From: Mycobacteriales bacterium
GTDB lineage: Bacteria > Actinomycetota > Actinomycetes > JAFAQI01
Direction of reading: 5' to 3'
Assembly (NCBI GenBank): GCA_035547035.1
Contig: DASZVL010000092.1
Coordinates: 86,113-150,112, forward strand
DNA length: 64,000 nucleotides
A program made the position numbers and the translations under genes. How positions within the stretch are numbered: position 1 is the stretch's first letter; every line of letters starts with the position of its first letter. The notes below the pieces were generated by a model that did not search any database, was not told the DNA's origin, and saw nothing but the letters and a program-made list of their open reading frames with translations. Below, piece after piece: positions 1 to 12,185 of the stretch.

Positions 1-277
1 CACCGCGCTGTTCCTGGTCGGGGGCACCGTCGCCGTCATCGACATCCGCGGCGAGCACGACACGCCGGGGCGGGGCACCCGCGTCGGTCGCCAGCAAGTC
101 GAGCGACGCGACAGCCGCGAGCAAGGACGCCGCGTGCTCCAGCTCCTCCGCGTCGCCTTCGCGGTACCACTCACGCAGCGAAGGCGTCACGGCATACACC
201 GGTCCGGCCGGGGTGGCGACACCCGCGGCCGACCAGTCCCGCAACATCAGGACGGTCGCGGGCAGGTAGACCCGCAC
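1..277 (-). CDS. conserved actinobacterial hypothetical protein, N-terminal part only (gene runs off the left window edge)
   Basis: Absent from the ORF track because no stop lies in the window. Reverse strand from GTG at 277 reads VRVYLPATVLMLRDWSAAGVATPAGPVYAVTPSLREWYREGDAEELEHAASLLAAV... Strong GC3 bias. Starts 9 nt after the patatin stop codon (287-289). Confidence 0.55.
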   Translation of the reverse strand, partial: MRVYLPATVLMLRDWSAAGVATPAGPVYAVTPSLREWYREGDAEELEHAASLLAAVASLDLLATDAGAPPRRVVLAADVDDGDGAPDQEQRG

Positions 278-286
278 GGAACGCCG

Positions 287-1261
287 CTATCCGGCTTGCG
301 AGAGCGGCGGCGTCGTGTCGGCCAGGGCGGCTGCCATGGTCCGAAGCGCGGTGTCGAGCACCGACCCGCGGCGGCGGTGGTCCATCAGGTTGACGCCGAT
401 CGCCTCGAGGTCCTCCCGTCCGGGACCGAGAAGCGTGACAGCGGCCCCCGATCGACGCACCTTGCCGGCTTCGTGCAGAGCGCGCTTCGTCATCGCGCGA
501 CGGAATCGCCGCTCCATTCGCGCCACGACGGTCGTCGGCTCGTCGTAGTCGAAGGAGATCATCGGCGCGAGGACGATGACCTCGTCCAGGCCCTGGCCCG
601 CCAGCAGGTCGAGCGAGGTCGGCGACAGGGCGCCACCGTCGACGTAGCAGCGCCCGCTGATCTCCAGCGGCGCGAACCAGCCGGGGATCGAGCAGGAGGC
701 CATCACCGCGTCCGCAATGCTCGCCTCGGGCGCGCCCGGCGAACCGAACGCGACGCGCTTGCCGGTGTCGTAGTCCATCGCGATGAACCACGCGCGCGGG
801 CGCTCTGGCCAAGTGCCGTCAGGGTTGACCTGCTCGACGAGCTCGCCGACCGCAGCGAGGGTCCCGCGGCCGCGCGGCGCGAGACCGGACAGCGCCGCGA
901 GCACCGGCACCTTGCGGGGATGCAGGACGGTCTTCGCCAGCAGCGACGCCGACCCGATCCGAAGCTGCGGTCGCGGTGGAAGCGTGCCGCCTGCAGCGGA
1001 GTCCGGATCGAAGCCGATCTCGGGATCACCCGGCGCGACGATGCCGCGCTGATGGTTCACGAGGGTGTCGACGCCGAGCCCGCAGGCAAGCATCGCTCCG
1101 ACGACGGATCCCGCCGACGTGCCGACGACGAAGTCCGCGTCTCGCGGGTCCCAGTCATAGGCGTCGGCGAGTGCCGACAGCGCGCCGATCATCCAGGCCG
1201 CGCCGAGCACTCCCCCGCCACCAAGAACCAGACCTCGTCTGGGCGATCCGGCCTTGCTCAT
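287..1261 (-). CDS. patatin-like phospholipase family protein
   Basis: 324-aa ORF with oxyanion-hole GGGGVLG, nucleophile elbow GTSAG and the catalytic Asp in a DGG motif (CYVDGGA). ATGA overlap with the upstream WS/DGAT stop. Confidence 0.9.
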   Translation of the reverse strand: MSKAGSPRRGLVLGGGGVLGAAWMIGALSALADAYDWDPRDADFVVGTSAGSVVGAMLACGLGVDTLVNHQRGIVAPGDPEIGFDPDSAAGGTLPPRPQLRIGSASLLAKTVLHPRKVPVLAALSGLAPRGRGTLAAVGELVEQVNPDGTWPERPRAWFIAMDYDTGKRVAFGSPGAPEASIADAVMASCSIPGWFAPLEISGRCYVDGGALSPTSLDLLAGQGLDEVIVLAPMISFDYDEPTTVVARMERRFRRAMTKRALHEAGKVRRSGAAVTLLGPGREDLEAIGVNLMDHRRRGSVLDTALRTMAAALADTTPPLSQAG

Positions 1262-2667
1262 TTCGCAGTCTCCAAGAGCTCAGCCAGCGAGTCCTCGATA
1301 CAGGTCGCCAGCACATCGATGTCGGGCATGGCATCGCGGTCGCAGTTCATGCCGTAGTAGACGCCGCCGTTGTAGGACATCAGGCCGATCGTGACCGCCT
1401 GCCCCTTCGCGAGTGGCACGACCGGGAAGCAGTCGTCCATCTGCGCGCCGGCCGCATACAGCGGGAACTGCGGTCCGGGCACGTTGGTCACGATCACATT
1501 GAACAGTCGCCGGGACAGACCGGCGCCGAGGCGCGCCGCCGCCGAGTGAATCGTCGGAGGTGCGAAGCCGGTGAGCCGGACGAGTGCGTCCGCGCCGACC
1601 GACTGACCTGACTCCTTGTGTCCCTTCATCGCATAGCTGATCTGGTGAAGCCGGACGACCGGACTGGGCTCGCCGACCGGAAGGTCAACGAAGTACGACG
1701 AGACCCGGTTGCCAAGGGCACCCGCCTCGCCCTCGTTACGCACGCTGACCGGGACCATCGCCCGAATCGTCGTGCTCGGTACGACGGACTCACCGCGAGT
1801 GAGCAGCCAGGCGCGGAGCGCGCCGGCGACTGTGGCGAGCACGACGTCGTTGACGGTGCCGCCGTGGGTCTTGCGAATCCGCTTGTAGTCGTCGAGCGAC
1901 GTCGACGCCATGCCGAACCGTCGCTGCTCGCCGATCGTCGCGTTGAGCGGACTGTCCGGCGCCGAGCGCAGCGACGTACGCGCGACGGACGCGATGCCGC
2001 CCAGTGCCCCGAGCGCGCGACCGGCGACCGCTCGCGCGTCACCGACCCCGGAGCGCACTGTCTCGATCGCGACGGTCGGCCGACGGAGTGTGTCGGCGAC
2101 GGCACCGAGCACGAGCCCGGCGCGGCTTGGCTCCGGCCGAGGCACCCAGGTGTCGTCCGGCGCGTCCTGCGGGGTCGGGGAGGCGTCGAGCAGCACGGTG
2201 CCGATGTCCACGGCGCTGATCCCGTCGACCATCGCGTGGTGAGTCTTGGTGATGATCGCGAACCGGCCGTCGGCCAGTCCCTCGACGAGATAGATCTCCC
2301 ACAGCGGGCGCGCTCGATCCAGCGGCCTCGCCTGCAACCGTCCGACGAGTGCGCGGAGCTGATCGTCGTCGCCGGGCTTGGGCAGCGCGCTGCGTCGTAC
2401 GTGGTAGGTGATGTCGAAGTCCTCGTCATCGACCCAGACCGGGTTGGCGAGATGCGCGGGCACGAACTTCAGCTTCTGGCGATACCTGGGAACGAGTGAG
2501 ATGCGGCGGGCGACGAGGGCGCAGAAGCCGTCGAAGTCGAACGGCTCACCCCGGTGCCCGTCATCCCCGTGCGGAGTGAAGCGCGCGACACTGCCGACGT
2601 GCATCGCCGTGGTCGGCGACTCCATATAGAGAAAGGAGGCGTCGAGCGCAGAAAGCCGTTCGGTCAC
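1258..2667 (-). CDS. wax ester synthase / diacylglycerol O-acyltransferase (WS/DGAT, Tgs family)
   Basis: 469 aa. N-terminal LSALDASFLYMESP and the HHAMVDG active-site motif (HHxxxDG). GTG start. Confidence 0.92.
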   Translation of the reverse strand: MTERLSALDASFLYMESPTTAMHVGSVARFTPHGDDGHRGEPFDFDGFCALVARRISLVPRYRQKLKFVPAHLANPVWVDDEDFDITYHVRRSALPKPGDDDQLRALVGRLQARPLDRARPLWEIYLVEGLADGRFAIITKTHHAMVDGISAVDIGTVLLDASPTPQDAPDDTWVPRPEPSRAGLVLGAVADTLRRPTVAIETVRSGVGDARAVAGRALGALGGIASVARTSLRSAPDSPLNATIGEQRRFGMASTSLDDYKRIRKTHGGTVNDVVLATVAGALRAWLLTRGESVVPSTTIRAMVPVSVRNEGEAGALGNRVSSYFVDLPVGEPSPVVRLHQISYAMKGHKESGQSVGADALVRLTGFAPPTIHSAAARLGAGLSRRLFNVIVTNVPGPQFPLYAAGAQMDDCFPVVPLAKGQAVTIGLMSYNGGVYYGMNCDRDAMPDIDVLATCIEDSLAELLETAK

Positions 2668-2710
2668 GTAAAGAGTCTTCCAGGCTCAGCGCTTCTCAAC
2701 CACTGCGTCG

Positions 2711-3373
2711 CTAGCGGGCGTTCGCCCGAAGGTCGATCCCGAAGAGCGTCTCGAGCTCCTCGATCGTCTGCTGCGGCGTGACGTGGTGCACCCCGACCAT
2801 GCCCACTTCAGCGGCGCCGCGAATGTTCGGAGCGAGGTCGTCGACGAACACGCAGGCTTCGGGCGCGAGCCCGAGCCGCTCGGCAACGAGGCGGTAGATC
2901 CGGGGTTCGGGCTTGCGCATCCCGACCTCGCCGGAGATGACGACGGCGTCGAACAGCTCGTCCCAGTGCTCCCGCGGATAGTCCAGTCCCCAGGAGTTCG
3001 ACAGGAGCGCCGTCGACAGGCCGGCCGCCTTCGCGTGGCGAAGCGCCTCGGTCATCGCCGGCTCGCGACCGAAGCCCGCGAACATCCGGGTCAGCAGCCC
3101 CTTGGCCTCGACCGGGCGGCCGTCCAGCGTCTTCAGCTGCGATGCGAGCTGGCGCTCGAAGTCGGGGACCTCGACCTCACCGCGCTCGAGTGCGTGGACC
3201 GGACTGTCAGCGGCATCCGTGCCGTAGGACAGACCCAGCCAGTCGCGCATCGCGTCCTTGAAGCTCTCCGGATCGATGCCATCGCTGTCGAGCCAGGTGT
3301 CCGTCGTGTCCAGCAGCGGAGAGGTGAGGACGCCGCCGTAGTCGACGATCAACGCCTTGAGCTCTGCGGTCAC
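2711..3373 (-). CDS. HAD-superfamily hydrolase
   Basis: 220 aa. Motif I LIVDYGGVLT and C-terminal CVFVDD motif. 4-nt overlap with the upstream gene. Confidence 0.85.
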   Translation of the reverse strand: MTAELKALIVDYGGVLTSPLLDTTDTWLDSDGIDPESFKDAMRDWLGLSYGTDAADSPVHALERGEVEVPDFERQLASQLKTLDGRPVEAKGLLTRMFAGFGREPAMTEALRHAKAAGLSTALLSNSWGLDYPREHWDELFDAVVISGEVGMRKPEPRIYRLVAERLGLAPEACVFVDDLAPNIRGAAEVGMVGVHHVTPQQTIEELETLFGIDLRANAR

Positions 3374-3963
3374 GGAGTGACCCTACGGGTCGGGCTCACA
3401 GACCTCGGGCCGCAGGTCGGGCTCGGCGTGGCCGTCGGGCTCGGACTCGACGACGCAAGGATCCCGCGCTCCGCCGCCTGGGCTTGCGCCACCGGCACGA
3501 GGGCGCGGAACTTCGGACCGATGTCGACCTCGAGGACCCGGCTGCCGGTCACCTCGGTCATCGACGCGCCGGCGAACTGAGCCGACAGCAGACGGGCGGA
3601 CTGCAGCCGGTCAGCGCTGTACTGCACGGTCGCCACGCCCTTCCCGCGGAACAACGTGTTGCCGGGCTTGCCGACCCGGAAGCTGCGCTGCCGGAGCTCG
3701 CGGGTGACCTCCTTGGCCAAGCCCGTCTTCAAGGTCGCGTTGCGGACGACCACCCGATCCGCTTGCGCAGAGGTGGGGGTCGCCACGGCCGCGGGACACG
3801 GCGGCAGCGCCTTGGGAGGCGCGGACGATCCGCCCGACATGCCCCGGTAGCCGGCGTACCCGCCACCCGCGACCACGAGCAGCACGACGGCAATCGTGAG
3901 GCGGCGGCGCCAGTTGCGGTGCTTTCGCCGCGGCGACAGATCGCCACGCCCCGGAATGGTCAC
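3370..3963 (-). CDS. LytR C-terminal domain-containing membrane protein
   Basis: 197 aa. Basic N-terminus, one TM segment (LTIAVVLLVVAGGGYAGY), then VVVRNATLKTGLAKEVTRELRQRSFRVGKPGN, typical of LytR_C. GTG start only 18 nt from the divergent ACAD ATG. Confidence 0.7.
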   Translation of the reverse strand: MTIPGRGDLSPRRKHRNWRRRLTIAVVLLVVAGGGYAGYRGMSGGSSAPPKALPPCPAAVATPTSAQADRVVVRNATLKTGLAKEVTRELRQRSFRVGKPGNTLFRGKGVATVQYSADRLQSARLLSAQFAGASMTEVTGSRVLEVDIGPKFRALVPVAQAQAAERGILASSSPSPTATPSPTCGPRSVSPTRRVTP

Positions 3964-3981
3964 GGAACCCGATGCTAGAGA

Positions 3982-5229
3982 ATGGCCCAGCCGCTACTCC
4001 CTCTCACGCTGGAGCAGTACATGGACTTCGCCCTGTCGGCCACGGCCGAGGACTACGCCAAACGCCTCGAAGAGTTCATGGACTCGCACGTCTATCCGTC
4101 GGAGAAGGTGTACGACGAGCAGCGCGCGACACTTGTCGCGGCCGGCACACCTGGCACCGTCCCGCAGGTCGTCGAGGACCTCAAGGTGGAGGCGCGCGGC
4201 CGCGGACTGTGGAACCTCTTCCTGCCCGCCGAGTCAGGTCTGACGAACGTCGACTACGCACACCTCGCCGAGATCACCGGCCGTTCTCCCGTGATCGCGC
4301 CGGAAGCGATCAACTGCGCCGCACCTGACACCGGCAACATGGAAGTCCTGCACATGTTCGGCACCGCGGAGCAGAAGGAGCGCTGGCTGCGTCCATTGCT
4401 CGACGGTGAGATCCGCTCTGCGTTCGCGATGACGGAGCCCGCGGTTGCGTCGTCGGATGCAACGAACATCTCCACCGAGATCCGTCGCGAGGGCGACGAG
4501 TACGTCATCAACGGCCGCAAGTGGTGGATCACCGGCACGGCCGACCCGCGATGCGCCGTCATGATCGTGATGGGCAAGACGAACCCGGACGCGCAGGCCC
4601 ACGCCCAGCAGTCCATGGTCCTGGTCCCGATGGACACCCCCGGCGTCACCGTCGTACGCCCGCTTCCGGTGTTCGGCTACTGGGACCAGCACGGCCACTG
4701 CGAGATCACGTTCGACAACGTGCGGGTGCCGGCGTCGAACCTGATCTCAGAGGAGGGCGCCGGCTTTGCGATCTCGCAGGCCCGACTCGGCCCAGGGCGT
4801 ATCCATCACTGCATGCGCGCCATCGGAATGTCCGAGCGGGCACTCGAGCTGATGTGCCGCCGCGCCGTCTCGCGGGTGGCGTTCGGCAAGCCCATCGCAC
4901 AGCAGGCCACGGTGCAGGCCAACATCGCCGAGTCGCGGATGGCGATCGAGCAGGCGCGGCTGTTGACGCTGAAGACCGCGTGGCTGATCGACACCGTCGG
5001 AGCGAAGGGTGCGCGAACCGAGATCGCGGCGATCAAGGTGATCGCGCCGCGCGTCGCGTGCGAGGTCGTCGACCGCGCGATCCAGGTCCACGGCGCAGGT
5101 GGCGTCAGCGACGACTTCCCACTGGCGCAGATGTACGCGCACGCCCGCACCCTTCGGCTCGCGGACGGCCCGGACGAGGTTCACGTCCGCTCGGTCGCTC
5201 GCGGGGAGCTAGGGCGTTACATGCATTAG
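3982..5229 (+). CDS. acyl-CoA dehydrogenase family protein
   Basis: 415 aa with typical ACAD sequence ([23 protein letters not shown]-terminal IYEG-like [11 protein letters not shown]). Alternative start at M14 (4021, [12 protein letters not shown]). Confidence 0.9.
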   Translation: MAQPLLPLTLEQYMDFALSATAEDYAKRLEEFMDSHVYPSEKVYDEQRATLVAAGTPGTVPQVVEDLKVEARGRGLWNLFLPAESGLTNVDYAHLAEITGRSPVIAPEAINCAAPDTGNMEVLHMFGTAEQKERWLRPLLDGEIRSAFAMTEPAVASSDATNISTEIRREGDEYVINGRKWWITGTADPRCAVMIVMGKTNPDAQAHAQQSMVLVPMDTPGVTVVRPLPVFGYWDQHGHCEITFDNVRVPASNLISEEGAGFAISQARLGPGRIHHCMRAIGMSERALELMCRRAVSRVAFGKPIAQQATVQANIAESRMAIEQARLLTLKTAWLIDTVGAKGARTEIAAIKVIAPRVACEVVDRAIQVHGAGGVSDDFPLAQMYAHARTLRLADGPDEVHVRSVARGELGRYMH

Positions 5230-6486
5230 TCGGCGACGCCGGCGTCGCACAGCCGGTGCCTCGCCGGCGATCCGGCGGGCGAGGTCACGGACGGCGACCC
5301 TTGCCGGCGAGCTCGGCGCGACCTCCGACCAGATCCGGCCGGATGCGACTGCGGTGTCGGCCATCGCGGGATCGTCCGGGACGAGGACCGCGTCATCGAT
5401 CGCCGCGTAACGGCCCAGCGCAATCGCAATCTGCTGCGCCGCGTCACCGCGACCGACCGCAGCGCGGCGGACCCGGTTGATGACGGTGATCGGGCGCTGA
5501 CCGTTTCGCGGCCGCGGCAGGTCGACGACCGCCCGCACAAAGCGAGCGATGCCGATCGGATCGGCAGCCGCGACCGCGACGACGACATCGCACGCGCCGA
5601 GCACGTCGACCGCGGCGCCGTTGCGACGTGGAGCGACGGTGTCGTATGACAGCTCTTCGTCCTGCTCCACGCAGAAGCCGACGTCCACGACGACATACCG
5701 AAACGAACGTCGAGCGCGGTCGAGCAGCACCTCGAGCGAGGCCGAACGAAGCTCGTGCCAGCGGTGCGGACCGGTGATGCCGCTCAGGATGCGCAGCTGC
5801 GGCCGGACCTCGACCGCCATGCGCCGCAAGGTGGCGCCGTCCAGCGCCCCGGCGTTCGCCGCACGACATGCGGCGGCGACGCCTGAACCGTCCTCGAGCA
5901 GACCGACGAGCTGAGCGAGCGCCGAGCCGTAGGTGTCGAGGTCGACACAGAGAGTCGGGTGCCCGAGGCCGGCGAGCTCCGCGGCGAGGTTCGCCGCGAC
6001 GACGCTTCGGCCCGGCGCACCCACCGGTCCCCACACCGCGACGACAGCCCCCACGTCGAGCGAGCTGGCGTCGTCCGGCGCCGGGCCAGCCGGATAGAGC
6101 GACGCGCTGTCTCGCACTTCCGTACCGGCCCCTCGCACGGCCGCCACGACGGCGGCGGCGACTCCGCTCGCAGGAGCTGCCTCGGCAACGACTGCGTCGA
6201 TGCCCAGACCTCGCAGCCGGTCGCGGGTTGCGGCGTCCTCGGACGCGAGCGCGACAACCGCAAGACCGGCCGTGCGGAGCCGGTGAACCGCAACGCGATC
6301 GAGCCGGCGGAGGTCGGCTGACAGCAGGACCGCCTGCCCGATCCCGGCCGCAGCCGCCGCGAGCAGATCGGCCACGTCCACACAGCGGCGGACGACGGTG
6401 ACGCCGAGATCGTCGTCATGCAGGCCCGCCGCTAGCTCGGCCTCGCGACGCGGATTCCCGATCGCGGTCAGCACAGTGACGTTCAC
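5209..6486 (-). CDS. TadZ/CpaE-like ParA/MinD-family P-loop protein with N-terminal receiver-like domain
   Basis: 425 aa. The N-terminal ~120 aa resemble a CheY-like fold without obvious phospho-acceptor context. Deviant Walker [27 protein letters not shown] overlap with the SAF gene stop. 21-nt convergent overlap with the ACAD 3' end. Confidence 0.7.
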   Translation of the reverse strand: MNVTVLTAIGNPRREAELAAGLHDDDLGVTVVRRCVDVADLLAAAAAGIGQAVLLSADLRRLDRVAVHRLRTAGLAVVALASEDAATRDRLRGLGIDAVVAEAAPASGVAAAVVAAVRGAGTEVRDSASLYPAGPAPDDASSLDVGAVVAVWGPVGAPGRSVVAANLAAELAGLGHPTLCVDLDTYGSALAQLVGLLEDGSGVAAACRAANAGALDGATLRRMAVEVRPQLRILSGITGPHRWHELRSASLEVLLDRARRSFRYVVVDVGFCVEQDEELSYDTVAPRRNGAAVDVLGACDVVVAVAAADPIGIARFVRAVVDLPRPRNGQRPITVINRVRRAAVGRGDAAQQIAIALGRYAAIDDAVLVPDDPAMADTAVASGRIWSEVAPSSPARVAVRDLARRIAGEAPAVRRRRRRLMHVTP

Positions 6487-7181
6487 GGCGTCGCGGGCGC
6501 GGTCGGCACAGAGGTCGGCGACGGCGTGTCGACCGCGCGCTCGGCTGCACCTGGAACGCGGACGAGGTCGAGCGTGCCGCCTTCGATCGCGCGAACGACG
6601 GAGCCGACGCTGACTGCCGGCACCTCGATGACGACTGAGATGCTGCCGCTCGTCGACAGCGCACCGGAGGTGCTGACCGAGTCAACCGGCGCCGCACCTA
6701 TGACGAGTCGTGGCTGCGCAGCTTTGTTGCCGCCAGGATCCTTCTTCGTGGCGTAGAGGTCGACGACATCGCCGCGCAGCAAGTCCAGGGGCGCATGTCC
6801 GGCACCGACCGGGACGGTCACGAGCCGCTCAGCGACCAGCGCGCTCGGACTCCCGGTAAGTGCCGCGATAGGCAGCAGCTCGCCTTCCGCGACGTAGCGC
6901 GTGACGACGTAACCCACGGGTGGTCGGCCGGCGGCGACGTACCGATCGCCTTGCCCCTCGAACCGCACGCGTCCGACGACGAGATCGTCGGCGACTAGGT
7001 GCTGTCCCGGGACGAGCGCTCGTCGCGCGACATACACCGACGCGTACCGGTCAGCGGCAGCAAGGATGTGTGCGCCGATGACGATCGGGATGACAACGAC
7101 CGCAACTCCGATGAGAAACCGGACGTCGAACCATCGCGGTCTCGGCAGGCGGCGGGCCTGCGGCGGGCTCTCGCTCGACAC
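6483..7181 (-). CDS. SAF domain-containing protein (CpaB/RcpC-like)
   Basis: N-terminal TM segment (FLIGVAVVVIPIVIGAHIL) followed by YVARRALVPGQHLVADDLVVGRVRF, typical of a SAF/CpaB N-domain. Chosen start is GTG at 7181, preceded by GGAGA 6 nt upstream. The track ORF extends to 7319, but that part overlaps the upstream gene. Confidence 0.7.
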   Translation of the reverse strand: MSSESPPQARRLPRPRWFDVRFLIGVAVVVIPIVIGAHILAAADRYASVYVARRALVPGQHLVADDLVVGRVRFEGQGDRYVAAGRPPVGYVVTRYVAEGELLPIAALTGSPSALVAERLVTVPVGAGHAPLDLLRGDVVDLYATKKDPGGNKAAQPRLVIGAAPVDSVSTSGALSTSGSISVVIEVPAVSVGSVVRAIEGGTLDLVRVPGAAERAVDTPSPTSVPTAPATP

Positions 7182-7260
7182 GAACAATCTCCAAGTCTCC
7201 AGGCGTACGGCGCGCGATCCTGCCGCAGCTCGCGTGCCGCTTGCCGCGACTCGTCCACAG

Positions 7261-7818
7261 CTACTCGAGCCGCGGCCGGACCACAGCGACCGCAGACAGC
7301 GCGATCGTGCGGATGCCACGAATCAACGTGGCCCGTCGCGGCTCGTCGAGAGAGTGCTCGGCGAGGTCCAGGTAGTCGGTCCCGACACGGTCGACCGTTC
7401 CGGTCACCGTTGCACCGTCGGCCAGGACGATCACCATCACCGTGCGATCTCTGGCGAGCACGCGCAGCACCTGGGCCAGCCCGGCTTGCGACGACTCGTC
7501 AGCACCTGCGAGCTCGCGAGCCATGACCGGAAGATCGCGAGCACCGTAGACGTGTCGAGTCGCGACCACGGCCGGCATCGCACCGGCGACCTGAAGCATC
7601 ACCCAACCTGGACCGACGCTGCGAGCCTCGCCGACGATCGGGCCGATGCCTGCAACCGAGAGCTCGACAACCAGGCCACTGACGCCACGCAGTCGCCCCT
7701 CGAGCGTCGTCTGCGCGACCTCGCGGCGGGTGCGGTCGGCAATGTCGGCGTCGAGCGCATCACCGGCGGCCGCTTCGAGCTGACCTTCGAGATCGGCGAA
7801 CAGCAGGTCCCACCTCAT
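7261..7818 (-). CDS. conserved hypothetical protein
   Basis: 185 aa from ATG at 7818 (MRWDLLFADLEGQLEAAAG...). The upstream part of track ORF 7261..8610 is Arg/Ser-rich antisense-type sequence and is discarded. Confidence 0.6.
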   Translation of the reverse strand: MRWDLLFADLEGQLEAAAGDALDADIADRTRREVAQTTLEGRLRGVSGLVVELSVAGIGPIVGEARSVGPGWVMLQVAGAMPAVVATRHVYGARDLPVMARELAGADESSQAGLAQVLRVLARDRTVMVIVLADGATVTGTVDRVGTDYLDLAEHSLDEPRRATLIRGIRTIALSAVAVVRPRLE

Positions 7819-7963
7819 CGCGTTTCCCGTCACCAGGTGTCCCCCTTTCGACGGTTCGAGAGTGTGGCACCGGATCGGCCGCCCACAGGCCGACAATCCG
7901 TCTTGACCGAGACGCGTTGCCTCGCGCACTCTCCGCCACCGTCCGCACGATGGGGAGGCAGCG

Positions 7964-8527
7964 GTGACCGACAGCAGGCAGGCAGCGGAACAGCTGGCAC
8001 AGGTGTTCGGCTTGCGACGGGCGCCGCGATTCGAGGGCCCGTACGACGACGAGCGCCCTGACCCGCCGGCGCAGATGGTCGACGGCAGCCTCGCCCTGGC
8101 CTTTCCGCCTTCGGTGAGCAACGCGCTGCCGTTGCGCCTCGTGCCGCCGGCGCGGGCTGAGGATCTTGCACCAGAACCCTGCCCGCCATCGCAGGTCCCG
8201 AGCCCGCGCCGGTTCGTCGCGCCGTTCGCGCAGGGCGTCGCTGAGGTGCTGATGGGCGTACGCCCACCGCAGCAGCTCGCGCAGGCCGCCACCCTCGACG
8301 TACTCGGGCAGCTCGAACGCAACGCAGGCCGGCTCGCCCCACGATTGGCGGCCCGCACCGCAACCCGACCGCGGCCAAGAGTGTCGTCCGTGCGCCTGTG
8401 CGAGCCGGCGGAGGGAGTCGCCGAGGTCTGTGCGGTCGTCGACACCGGTGCCCGTCGTCGGGCTCTCGCCCTACGACTCGAGCTCATCGCCGGCCGCTGG
8501 CAGTGCACCGTCCTGCGAGTGGGCTGA
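7964..8527 (+). CDS. Rv3235-like family protein (paralog 1)
   Basis: 187 aa. C-terminal core FAQGVAEVLMGVRPPQQL...VAEVCAVVDTGARRRALALRLELIAGRWQCTVLRVG. GTG start with GGAGG 5 nt upstream. secA-proximal position, as for Rv3235. Confidence 0.75.
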   Translation: MTDSRQAAEQLAQVFGLRRAPRFEGPYDDERPDPPAQMVDGSLALAFPPSVSNALPLRLVPPARAEDLAPEPCPPSQVPSPRRFVAPFAQGVAEVLMGVRPPQQLAQAATLDVLGQLERNAGRLAPRLAARTATRPRPRVSSVRLCEPAEGVAEVCAVVDTGARRRALALRLELIAGRWQCTVLRVG

Positions 8528-8653
8528 TCGCAGCAACGAACCCTGTCCGCTCGCTGCCAATGCCGCTCGCGGCCGCGAAAAAACGTTGATCTGCTCTGGT
8601 TCCGGACCAACGGCCGTTCCTATCTTCCGCCCCCAATCGACTGGGGGAACCAC

Positions 8654-9094
8654 ATGAAGCTCATGTTGTTGGAAGCACCGGAGACGGCGGCCGAACCGGC
8701 TGCCGCACGCGGGTTGCGGCTCGTCACCGAGCTGCCTCGGCAACGACCGCTGCCGCCCGTTCGACCGCCGCGGCGCGACCCGCGACCGGTTGCTGAGAAC
8801 TTTGCCCGCGGAGTTGCCGAGGTCCTGGTGCGTGCGCGCACCGTCGATCAGCTTCGGGACCTCGCGACGTTCGAGGTGATTCGCGTCATCGAACGCGCCG
8901 CCGGCCGCCAGCAGCCGGCCGCTGGTCGCCGGCCGGTGCAGCCGCGACTGTTGTCCGTGCACCTCGGTACGCCGGCCCCCGGCGTGATCGAGGCATGCGC
9001 AGTCGTCGATGGCGGGGTACGCGCGCGAGCATTCGCGTTTCGGCTCGAGTGCATCCGCGACCGCTGGCGCTGCACGGTGCTGCAGCTCGGCTAG
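8654..9094 (+). CDS. Rv3235-like family protein (paralog 2)
   Basis: 146 aa. The core FARGVAEVLVRARTVDQL...VIEACAVVDGGVRARAFAFRLECIRDRWRCTVLQLG aligns with paralog 1 over about 105 aa. Confidence 0.75.
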   Translation: MKLMLLEAPETAAEPAAARGLRLVTELPRQRPLPPVRPPRRDPRPVAENFARGVAEVLVRARTVDQLRDLATFEVIRVIERAAGRQQPAAGRRPVQPRLLSVHLGTPAPGVIEACAVVDGGVRARAFAFRLECIRDRWRCTVLQLG

Positions 9095-9133
9095 TCAGGT
9101 GCACTGACCGACCAGACACGTTGGTGACGCATC

Positions 9134-9256
9134 CGCATGTCACATAGATGTCGTGAAATGCAACCGCTGTGTGACATGCGGGTCGCAAATCGCGACACCC
9201 ATGTGACATGCGAGCACCGAGACCGGCACGGTTGGCAACCATGCGGGTCGCGACAC

Positions 9257-9257
<1 letters not shown>
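9134..9257. repeat. intergenic structured repeat element, copy A (three ATGT[C/G]ACAT palindromes, 32-bp phasing)
   Basis: Palindromes are centred at 9141, 9173 and 9205. The outer pair forms a perfect 12-bp inverted repeat: CGCATGTCACAT (9134-9145) and ATGTGACATGCG (9201-9212). Positions 9134-9213 align without gaps to 24531-24610 at 62/80 identity (hand count). There is an extra internal repeat, CATGCGGGTCGC[AAATCGC]GACACC, at 9175-9199 and 9240-9257. Confidence 0.8.
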
Positions 9258-12130
<2,873 letters not shown>

Positions 12131-12185
12131 GCGGCCAGTCTATGGCGGCGATCTCCGGGCCTACGGCTCCGTGCTGACGCCGGCC

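Noticed and set aside
134-1357. Long plus-strand ORF (407 aa), and many similar Arg/Pro/Gly-rich ORFs throughout the track. Examples are 1618..2499, 16843..18738, 28376..29992, 41895..43934, 58005..58886 and 60562..61983.
   Set aside because: They lie antisense to, or frame-shifted against, genes with clear homology-type motifs. Their composition is Arg/Ala/Gly/Pro-rich and low in complexity, as expected from random open frames in high-GC DNA. None shows a recognisable domain.
3963-3982. Only 18 nt separate the divergent start codons of the LytR_C gene and the acyl-CoA dehydrogenase gene.
   Set aside because: Leaderless transcripts and promoters embedded in neighbouring genes are common in Actinomycetota. 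In addition, the ACAD may start at M14 (4021). This is not distinctive enough to report as a finding.
7819-8610. Upstream 264 codons of track ORF 7261..8610. Similar 5' extensions occur on ORFs 31196..33628, 34778..36289, 37680..40049, 48991..50331, 50620..52062 and 62448..63527.
   Set aside because: The extensions overlap well-supported genes on the other strand and are Arg/Ser-rich. Plausible internal starts with Shine-Dalgarno sequences or 4-nt coupling overlaps give proteins of the expected family length.
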